From: Neoconidiobolus thromboides FSU 785 | Taxonomy: Eukaryota; Fungi; Entomophthoromycota | DNA: 64,000 nt | Direction: 5' to 3' | Assembly (NCBI GenBank): GCA_025603075.1 | Contig: MU626344.1 | Span: 1 to 64,000 of the forward strand | In this document: piece after piece, positions 53,653 to 64,000 of the stretch | How positions within the stretch are numbered: the first letter of the stretch is position 1 | Layout: every line of letters begins with the position of its first letter | The notes under the pieces: model-generated | Seen by the model: only the letters and a program-made list of their open reading frames with translations | The model's database searches: none | Told to the model about the DNA's origin: nothing | Position numbers and translations under genes: made by a program

Positions 53653-55913
53653 TTAAAAGGTAAACTCTTCACGGAAAGAATTGATGTCTTTAGCGTCGCA
53701 TTTCTCTACCAAATCGGTACGATCCAACATATACAAGGTCATTCTCAAAGTATCCCATACATGAGAAGAGGATCTAGTACTATTGAGAGGTAATGAAGAA
53801 CCAGAAGGATCCTTAGTGTTATTTTCTTGAGATTGTAAAGATAAAGCAGCTAAGAGGTGTTCGGCAGCTTCATGATATTGGCCAAGGTTGATAGAACTGA
53901 TAGCTAGATTGTATCTAGCTCTTATAAAGGTAGGGTTCAATTCTAAAGCTTTGAAGTAAGCTTCCATGGCCTTGGATGGTTCTTGGCTATTGGCTAAGGT
54001 GGCACCTAATTTATTCCATAATAAATAATCCTAAATATATTTAGTTAATAAAATATAATAATATCATAGAAGTCATTACATCTGGTCTGGTAGATAAAGC
54101 AGATTCAAAACAGTCTACTGCTTTATCATATTCCTCAGAAATATTCAATAAAACACCTAAAGCAATTTGTACTTCTGGATCAAAAGTATCGGTAGTATTA
54201 GCCCTAACTGCATCTAAGTAAAGGTTGAATATGTATTCATGGCGTTGATCCCCATTTTGTGGCGGGTTGGGTCTAACAAGATGTTTATAGGTTGGGCTGT
54301 TTTGTACCCATGATTCTAAAGCATCATACGCATCATTGATGCAATTTTCATTGGTATAAGAAACTGCTAAAGCTAACCAAGCATCACATAAAGAGGGGTC
54401 CAAAGATACTGCTTGTCTCAATGCAGCAATGGCAGCTGCTTCCCTTTCATTTTCTTGTTGTCTTAATCCTAATTTATGCCATGCAGAGGCATCTTCTGGA
54501 TTAATTTGGGTTTTTGCTTCCAGAGCAGGTAAGGAAGTAGCAAGGTCCTTACTGTTGATAGCAGAATCTAAAATTTCTTGTGGTGCATCCAAAAAATGAT
54601 TCACTTTCGAGAATGGATAATGATCATAAATTGGATTAGCAGATCGATTGATCTTCGAGGCAGTTTCATATTTTTCCCAATCTTTTTGTAATTTGTCCCA
54701 TTCAATGTCTTGCGGATTTTCATTCATACTGAGTATTTGTTCTTTATAGTCGTCTACCCAATTACTAAATTTAAAGGCTTGCTCAAATTCTTCATCTGAT
54801 AACTCAGCAAGACTAGTTTTTGGCTCGTCAAATCTTTCATCTTGGCTTTGAATAAATTCTTCTGCCCAATTCTTAGTCACATCTTGTGGATTGAGTCCAT
54901 TTAATTTTGAAGAATCTAAATGACCTGTAGAGGTCATTCCATCGCTCTGCTTGAAACTTTCACCTGTTTCTACAATTTTATCACCATCCACCTTCAGTTC
55001 ACCATCACTAAATCCTTTGACCATATTAATAAATTTAGAATCTCTAAATTTAGGATTTGAGTCAACATCTACGTTATTAAGAAGCATTTCAGCTGTTTTC
55101 GCCATTAAATCTTTCTCGCTAACTGTTTCTTTATTGTTCAATATTTCTTCCTGTGCTTTTTCAAATATTTGAGCCCATTGAGTGCTATCCATGCTAGGCT
55201 GTTTTACTGATACTGAAGGCTGCTCATAGACTAGAAATAATAAATATTTATATCAAATTTTAATAATAATTTTACTCATAGGACGGGCCATTGGCATAAA
55301 AGGACGATGAAAGGGCATCATTCTATTGGTTCTCATTTCCATAGGGCGACTATTTTCTTGAGTCACATGGAATTTTGAAAATTCTTGACCCCACTCAGAA
55401 TGGGATTGACTTTGATTTGAGTGCACCTCCATATTGTTATGAAAATGGCTTGTACTTGGACCTTCTATGGCCATATGCTCAAATTCTTCCACGAAATCTT
55501 TGTTCATTTGGCGATGCCCCAAAACCTGCTCCCTTTGGTATAAGGACATGCCTTCTAATTCATTAGACACCCTCCCTAACATTGGGCCATCTTTCATAAA
55601 TCGAGCATGGTTGTTAAAGTCTAAATGCTATAAAAGAATAAGTTTTTGGCTTTATGTTATATAGAAATAAACTACATTTTGATCTTCACGATGCATAGCT
55701 AAGTTTTGGAAGTTCTAAATCTGTCAATAAATGAAATTTAACAATAATGTGGCTAATTACCTGCTCTGCATGAAATTGATTCCCATTTAAGTTTTGATTT
55801 TCTCTCATATTACCGCCACTAATTTGAGGCAGTAATTTGGCTAATGGATTATTACTCCCAGAACAATCTGGACCACCAGTAATTATATCTTTTAAGGCTG
55901 ACATGTTTTTCAA
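53653..55913 (-). CDS. PEX5: Peroxisomal PTS1 receptor, multi-exon
   Basis: N-terminal Cys (GPDCSGSNNPL); WxxxF/Y motifs; TPRs (AWHKLGLRQQENERE, LWNKLGATLAN, ALELNPTFIRARYNL). Confidence 0.96.
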
Positions 55914-56269
55914 TTAATTTTTAAAAAAGTAAAATTATAATTAATAATCGATTGCTTTTATTTTTTTAGCTATACTTTGATTTTCATGCTATTTTGGTTT
56001 GGCTTTTAATGCCCTTCAACCAATCAAAAAAAAGTATATGGTGACTAATACGTCTTAGTGGAGCTGGTAATTTGTAGCTTAGGACTAAACTTTAGTTAAA
56101 ATGAGTCCAATGATAATGAGTAAAAAACAACTCCTCTAATAATAAAATATTTTAAAATATAGAACAAACTATAAACTCACAAAAAAAATAAATTAAAAAA
56201 ATAAATTCTATTTTATAACAAATTATAAGATTTTATATAAACTGCTTTTCTAGATATAGTACATCTTAT

Positions 56270-58094
56270 TTAATTATCAAGTTCAATTGTGGCTCCACGC
56301 TTAATTTTGCCCCATCCAATAAGTCTATTAATAATAAATTAATACTCTTGATACTATTATTATTGCTATACAATTTACCTCCAATGTTTATCAATACGAC
56401 GGGACAAAGCAATCTTTTCGCCTAACTCAGTACAAGCTGGGGAAGTTAAAGCAATCTTAGCCATATCTCCCTTAACAGTCAACACTCTGCCACCAGTAGA
56501 AGTAGAACCAATATTTACCATTAATACTTCGGCTTTGGCTAATTTTTGTACCTATAATGATTATGAATTTCTATAATTAACATTGTAAATTAAAATTACT
56601 TTAGCCTGTTTTTTATCATCTGTCTTTACACCAAGTAATCGACGTAACAAAAAGAAATTAATTTCCAATTCCGTATAAATGGCTGGTAATTTGCCTACAG
56701 CTCCTAACACCTAATAATGATTTAATAAAGCTAAAAACATTATTTTCCTATCATTTACTTGTCCAACCAAACGATCAGCACGACACAATGTAGGATCAAT
56801 TTTAGTACCAACACCTAAAAACTAATTAATCTATTTAATTTGCTGTATATGTTGTATTTTACCAATTAAACCTCCAGGAACAGCAAAGGCTAATTGATTA
56901 CTTTCAGCAAGTAAAGTAACAATCCTTGAGAAAATAGGTCTAACTTTAAGGGAACCTTCAGCATCCTTAGTTACAATACCTGGTCTAACTTCAATTTCAT
57001 CTCCTAACTAATAGAAAATTGATATAAAATATTTACTTTAAAATCAAAGTCCCTTACTTTAAGAACGCCAGTAAGTAAAGATCCACCAGCAACACCACCC
57101 TTAAGATCAGCAACTTCAGATCCAGGCTTATTAACATCGAATGAACGAATAACAATTAATCTAGGATCGGATGTAAAGTCTCTTACAGGAACTGGAATAC
57201 GCTTGCAAATATACTCATTAACAGCATCAATATTGTATTTCAATTGTGCAGAAATGGGTACAATAGGTGCACCATCAGCTACAGTACCACGTACAAAGTC
57301 TAAGATGGATTGATAATGCTCTTCAGCTGCACTTGGTTTGATTAAATCCACTTTATTTTGTAATATAATAATGTGCTGTAACTTCATAATCTCAATAGCT
57401 GCTAAATGCTCTGAAGTTTGAGGTTGAGGACAGGATTCATTACCGGCAATAAGTAATAATGCTGCGTCCATCACAGCAGCTCCGTTTAACATGGTAGCCA
57501 TAAGAATATCGTGACCAGGACAATCAACAAATGATACATGACTATTGGGTGTTAATGTTTTTCTTAAATACTGATTGAGATTATTACCGTTCTAATTTCA
57601 TGGTTCCACCACAGCCTGGTCTTTCGCAAGGTGGGCTGTCTTCTTTATCAGAACGATAAGAACGATAACATCCTGGTCTTGTACATTCTTCATTGGTACA
57701 TTTGTAAATCTGCAAAATTATAAGATGTATTATTATATTAGTTAACTCATTTTTACTTTTGCGTTAGCATAACCAAGTTTAATGGTAATATTACGCTCCA
57801 ATTCGTTCTTAAATCTAACAGTCTACATTAAAATAACGTTAATTTGTAATTTTTTGATTTTTTGTATTCTCCACTTACTTGTACACCAGAAATGGCTTTT
57901 ACAACGGTAGATTTACCATGAGCTACGTGACCAATAGTACCTGAATAATTCGTAAATTAATCATTGTTTTATATTTTTTGAATTCATATCCTACCAATAT
58001 TGATGGTAGCTTGCTTTGAGATAACCTCAGGATGAAGTGGATGTAAAGTATTAACATCAATATTCATCTTTGGAATTGTTTCTATTTCGGTCAT
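56270..58094 (-). CDS. GCD11: Translation initiation factor eIF2 gamma, many exons
   Basis: QATINIG|[11 protein letters not shown]; [11 protein letters not shown]; VDCPGHD; [19 protein letters not shown]; [14 protein letters not shown]. Confidence 0.98.
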
Positions 58095-58659
58095 TTTTAT
58101 ACGATTAACTAATGTTTAACTTCTATCCCTATCAATAAGAATGTTGGATTGTTTAATCGAGTTGAATTGATTTTTTACTTTTGGTTTGTAAGCCAATCAA
58201 ATTTTAGAGTATTTTTAAAAAATTGATGTTTTTATTAAAAATAGTTGATTATGAAGTTTTTTTTAATAAGTAATTAAAGTTTATTTCATCTATTATAGCT
58301 TTTATACTATTATGTTATAGCTTTCAACTGCGCTAGAACTGTCAAATCTGAGTCATCATGATTTTACTTATTTTGAAATTCCTATCTATTTTGTGTATAA
58401 GATAATGTAAACATAATAACAAACATTAATAAAAATTCACAAAAAAAATTAGAGAATATCATAATTACTGCAGTTTTAGATTTAAGAAATTTTTATTTTG
58501 ATAGTCAAGTATTAATCAAATTAAAATACTGTAATGAAAAAAACATATAAAGTATCAAAACAAAACTATAGATAAATTACTATGACTTAAAACAAAAAAA
58601 AGATGAATATAACTTTAATAACAGAAATCATAATAGTAATCTCCATTTTTATTTCTTAA

Positions 58660-59051
58660 TTAAACCCTCATCTCCAATTTTTTCCCCAACCACATCACAT
58701 TATCCAAGTTATCTTTCAACTTATTCACTGTTACTGGGTTAATCAAACAGGAGAGTCCATTACGATTCACTGTTAACCAAGGTATCACTTGAGAGAACTG
58801 TTTAGGCGTAAATACATGTACTTTAAAATATTTGGCAGGATGAGGTGCTATTTAATGTTATTAAGCTATAATTATAAACAAAATTATCAATGACTACCTT
58901 CTGGCTCCTCTTCAATTTGATAAGCAATGATATCCGGATATTGTCGGATCATGGTATCTCTTAATATTTGGGCTTTTTCGAGTTGACTAGAGTCTTCGGT
59001 AGAACTATAAACGTAAATTTGAAAGTAACTTATTGGGCGTGGAAATTCCAT
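58660..59051 (-). CDS. DOPA 4,5-dioxygenase-family protein (about 113 aa, 2 exons), lacking the conserved His residues; absent from the ORF track
   Basis: Spliced: MEFPRPISYFQIYVY..AQILRDTMIRQYPDI..EAPHPAKYFKVHVFTPKQFSQVIPWLTVNRNGLSCLINPVTVNKLKDNLDNVMWLGKKL. Confidence 0.82.
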
Positions 59052-59430
59052 ATTAATTTGTTTTTAGATATGTAAAGAATGAAGTTTTTTAATTTCATTA
59101 TTTGATTTTTAATCAAAAGCATGACTCACTATTTTTTATTTTAATTATGGTGATTTCTATGTTTTTAAAATGTGATTTTAAACCTCTAGTTACTTAATTT
59201 AGCAAATAGTTGTGGTAATATATTACTTTACTATTTGCTTTGGCACTACTATTTATAATTATTATAGTTTGATTAGTAAAAAATTAATAAAGTTATACTT
59301 CTATTTTATAACATATTAGAAATTTTGTATTCATTAATAAAATATGTTTCTACTAAGGTTAATTGAAAAGAATAACTAAAAGCTCTTACTAAAATTAAAA
59401 AAGCAAGTTTTTATGCTTTTATGAATAAAC

Positions 59431-60705
59431 ATGACTTCCAGAGAAACCAACTTATTGTTACAAAGTGAAAAGCTACGATCATTTTTATTACAAAATGAAA
59501 TTGATATAAAAGAATATGACCCAGCAGTTTTGAGCCATCGTTATTTACGAGTTAGGAAGCATATAAAAATAAACCAAGATAAAGATAAGAAGGTAATTCA
59601 GCCAAAAATAATATTCTAGGAACATGTTAGCTAATTATTAAAGGAATCTCAGCCAGATATTCTAAATCTTCACTTATTAAAAACCGAGCTCAATGAATCC
59701 CCAATAATTGTAATCCAGGCTCACTTCCACTTCCTAAAACTACCTAAAACCTTAAAACTCAACCTAACTACCGCATATCAATCAAACCAAATCATTGGGA
59801 TGGATATAAGTTCGGCAATATCTGTACTTGCCTTAGACACCCAGAGCACCGACAGAGTATTAGATTTATGTTGTGCTCCCGGTATGAAATTACTTATGAT
59901 AGCTGAATTGCTTGAAGAAGGTAATATAACTGGAGTAGACATCTCAAAGAGTCGACTATCCACTTGTCGAGCATTGGTAAAGAAATATCAGGTAGCAAAT
60001 AAAGTCAAGTTATACTATGGAGACGGTACAATATTTAGAGTTTTGGCTGGAGTAAACAGTAGATGGTTGACAAAGGAACAAAAAGAATGGTATAGTTTAA
60101 ATAGTGATGACTTGGGAAAACCTTTTTATGCACCAAAAGAAATGAGGGGATTTAATTTATTATTTGAGGATGAGAATGAGATGGATAAAAACAAGATGGA
60201 ATTACTTTACGACAAGGTATTAGTGGACGCTGAATGTACTCATGATGGTTCTATTGTACATGTTGAGAAGTACCAACAAGAAAAAGAAGGATTTACACTG
60301 GAACAGCTGGAGGATAAATTGAGTGTGGAGTTAAGTCATAAAAAAAGTGAGTTGCAATTGCAGTTGTTAGTAAATGGATATAAGTTATTGAAAAAAGGAG
60401 GCACTATAGTTTATTCTACTTGTAGCTTTACAAGACAGCAGAATGAATATGTTATTGCAAAGTTTTTAAATCTTATTAAATTTGAGTTATTGATGGAACC
60501 ACCGATAATCAATAGCATTCAACGATTTGTTCCTAAATCCATTCCTTATTTGAAAGGTAAAAATATTGATGAAGAATTTATTGCTAAGAATAATATTAAC
60601 TTGGAGAGTACTATTATCAATCGTTATTTATCAAATGCTATTCGCTTCCTACCTTCAGTCTCAAATACTTCAGGCTTATTTATTATTAGTTTTAAAAAAG
60701 TATAA
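59431..60705 (+). CDS. NOL1/NOP2/Sun (RsmB/F) family RNA m5C methyltransferase, 2 exons
   Basis: RVLDLCCAPGMK; YDKVLVDAECTHDGS; GGTIVYSTCS; SGLFI. Confidence 0.9.
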
Positions 60706-60758
60706 TAGAACAATAAAACAACAATAACTAACAATTAACTCTTTTTTATTTCTATTTT

Positions 60759-63215
60759 TCAAATTGAATTCTTATTAACAACACCGTACCCAAACTGACT
60801 CATAGTAAATGAGGCATTACCGTTTGAAATGGACCTTAGAGTAGAAGAATAACCAATCAAGTTAGATAAAGGAACCAAACAAGTAATAGTGGTATTTTCA
60901 CTCTGCATATCATTTTCACAAGCTAGGATTTTAGCATTTCGGTTATTATTTAAATCATTTAATAAACTACCGAAATATTTTCTATTACTTTGGATAATGA
61001 CCTTCATTTTAGGTTCTAATAACTTAATCATTGCTGAATTTTCTTTCTTTATGATCGCTTCTTGAACCGCCTTATATACCGCTTGTGCTATTGTGGATTT
61101 AAAATTATTATCTTGATATAATTGAATCGAGTTGATATTAATTTTCATTTTTGTTAATAAATACCCATTTGGCCCGCCCCTTGATATTGCTGTTGTTATA
61201 CCATCTATTATGGATTTATGAGCATCTTTCAAAGTGATTAAATTGTCTGTATTAATCTTGGTACCATCTGAACTATGAATATGGATAAAAGAACTGTCAT
61301 TATGAAGGGTTATTAGGTTATTGTCTATATTAACTACTACTTCTTTATCATTTATACCCCTCTTTTGTTCTATAATACTGCCTTCATCTGTTTCTTCTTC
61401 GACATCATTTTCATTCAGCAAAGGTTCTAATTTTAATGAAACATTACATTTATTCAATCTATTTAAAATGAAATCTTCAAACATATAATCTTCTTTAATA
61501 GTTTCACCAATTGTTTCTCTATACGAGATAAACACTTTTCCTATCTCTGCTTTAACTTTTAATTCATTAATTAATCTCTCTTTAATAATTTCTAAATGTA
61601 ACTCTCCCATCCCGTATAATAGGATCTGTCCACTTTCTTCATCTTTTTTAATTTGTAAAGAAGGATCTTCTAGATTCAAATAATTTAATGTCTTTAATAA
61701 ATCTTTTTCATCCGAAATAGAATATGGTTCAATAGAACATACAAACACAGGTGAAGGTAGCTCAATTTCCTTTAGTTTGATAAAATTATTTTGACTGTTT
61801 TGGTTGAATATTAAAGTATCTCCTGTTTTTGTGTGTTTTAGTCCGATGGCTACTACTATATTACCTGCCGAAATCGATGGAATTTCCTTATATTCATCAG
61901 CGTAAATTTGATATAACTTTTGAATCCTTTCTTTCTTTTGATTGTTGCAATTAATGATATTACTTTTGTTTGTTAAGGTACCTGAATATAATCTAATAAA
62001 TGTAATTGGACCTTTATTTACATCATAAATTACTTTGAATGCTAATCCACAAGTCAACTTATCATTATCGATATTAATTACCTGTTTTTCTCCATGGCTA
62101 TTTATAGCGATTGGTGCTTTTTTATCTTTAGGAGAAGGCAAGTAATCAATGACACTATCTAACAAAGGTTGAATCCCAATATTTTTTAAGCTCGAACCAC
62201 ATAAAATAGGTACTGCTAAATTACTCAAACATACTCTTTTAATAGCTGCTTTTACTTCATCATTATTAACTAATTTCAAATCTCCTTTTTCCAAATAAAT
62301 ATCCATTATTATGTCATCTATTTCAGCTAACATTTCAATCATTTTTTCTCTTTCACCTGCTGCTATTTCTTTTTCTTGTTGTGTAAACTCGACCTCTTTG
62401 ATAATATGCTTATCTTCCCATCCACCTTCATTTTTACCAATTTCAAAATTAATTCTCTTCATCTTAACAAGATCAAGCAATCCAACTAATTCGTCCTGGT
62501 TTTTGACTTTATTATTTATTAATATTGGTAACTGGCATTTTATACTTTGAACTTTTAATTTTTCTTCAATCATATTAATACTTTTGTTAAAATCTGCACC
62601 TGGTCTATCTAATTTATTAATAAATATAATTCTAGGTACCTCATACTTATCAGCTTGTTTCCAAACCGTTTCTGTTTGTGCTTGAACTCCGGATACAGCA
62701 TCCAATATGGTGACTGCTCCATCTAATACTCGAATACTTCTTTCTACTTCCATTGTAAAGTCAACATGACCAGGTGTATCTATCAAATTGATCTTATTTC
62801 CTTTCCATGGGAATGTAATACAAGCTGAACCTATTGTTATCCCTCGCTCTCTTTCTGCTGGCATGTAATCCATTATAGTATCTCCTGTATGTACCTCTAA
62901 TTGATTTACGTTTGTAAATAGATAATTATTTTTTTGATATTATCGTTATTACCTCCCATCCTTTTTGTGTATCCTGAATAATATAGCATTCTTTCAGTAG
63001 TAGTTGTTTTACCTAGTAAATTAATCAATATTCTAAAATTAAATTGTTATTTTATTACCAGCATCGATATGTGCAATGATCCCAATATTACGAATTAAGT
63101 TAAAATTTTCATTGTAATTTAATATTGATTTAATAGTAAATTTTCTATTGTTTATTCGAATTTGTTTAGTTAATGTTGTCTTGTTTAAATAACTCTTAAA
63201 TGTATTTAATAACAT
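60759..63215 (-). CDS. MEF2: Mitochondrial ribosome-releasing factor 2 (EF-G2), 3 exons
   Basis: RNIGIIAHIDAG|KTTTTERMLYYSG; MDYMPAERERGITI; DTPGHVDF; GMGELHLEI; LSLKLEP; N-terminal presequence. Confidence 0.92.
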
Positions 63216-63329
63216 TTTGGTTTTATTAAAAGTATATTTTTTGAGATTTTAAAAATTAAATTAATATTAAAAATGCAATATTTGACTAAAAATGCAAAAA
63301 GTGAGACGAATTTCATTAAATAAATTTAA

Positions 63330-64000
63330 TTAGGGTAAACAAGGATACGATTGATTACCCAAAGTAAACGTAGCAGTTTTAAATAAGTGGGTCAATTTAT
63401 CTTCGATTTGCGCGTTAGTATTAGAACACCCTAAGGATTGGTTAACATTATTATACTATTACTGTTTACGTATTATTATGTCATTATATAACTTACCATC
63501 AATTACGTTTTTAGCCCATACAAAATACTCCTGTACCCTAGCAACAGTCCTAACAAAGTGTTAAGAAAATATAGAAAACAAAATACAAGCCTATCTACCA
63601 TCCTATTGGTACACATCTACAAATATCTGTTAAATTATATAACTTATCGGCAAGGCGAATGTGTTTTGCCTATTTGTAAAATTAAATTAATATAAAAATA
63701 AAAAATCAAAGTTCTTACTTTAACAGTTAGGTTTTTAGCGTTTTCTATTTGTAACCTTTTTCTTTCCATTTTTGGCAGTTTACCATCATCGCTCACCTCC
63801 ATTACTACATCCGCTACCTCTTGTCCAAAATTCTCTACCAACTTTTAAAAATATATATTGTTCATTACAGATATAAAAAACAAAAAATAACCTCTTTATA
63901 AGTAGTAGCAGTATCTTCAATTGTATCATGTAAAATAGCACCTTGGATAATAACCTCATCAGTAATACCACTTTCGACCAACAGGTTAGCTACTCCAATT
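63330..64000 (-). CDS. HDDC3: MESH1/HDDC3 (p)ppGpp/NADPH HD-domain hydrolase, 5' part outside the window
   Basis: [53 protein letters not shown]. Confidence 0.93.

Overview
AT-rich eukaryotic DNA with short (about 40-80 nt) spliceosomal introns. The gene content (Rab2, GDP-mannose dehydratase, BARD1-like, MESH1, Adp1-type ABC transporter) points to an early-diverging, non-Dikarya fungus; Zoopagomycota/Conidiobolus-like is my inference and is not proven. About 24 protein-coding genes are recognisable: ADK1, a Shg1/BOD1-like protein, CDC45, three intronless POT/PTR2 peptide transporters, YIP1, GMD, MRM1, ADP1, a NIPA transporter, ITC1/ACF1-like, ELP4, RAB2, PFD1, SETD6-like, CDC40/PRP17, BARD1-like, PEX5, eIF2-gamma, a DOPA-dioxygenase-like protein, an NSUN methyltransferase, mitochondrial EF-G2 and a partial MESH1. 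The main findings are: (1) a 63-nt U12-type AT-AC minor intron as the first intron of RAB2, required to make the protein; (2) a 99-bp MITE family with 17 intergenic copies, GGGG...CCCC termini and 4-bp target duplications (ATAT/AAAT/TAAT/ATCT), showing CpG decay and one back-to-back pair that forms a perfect 67-bp-arm palindrome; (3) a frameshifted pseudogene of a REase-like fungal family that the ORF track misses; (4) a DOPA-4,5-dioxygenase homologue lacking the family's conserved histidines; (5) a BARD1-like gene with a RanBP2-type zinc finger and no ankyrin repeats. No tRNA, rRNA or CRISPR array was seen. Family assignments come from motif recognition by eye, with no database search. Coordinates of spliced genes were worked out by hand.
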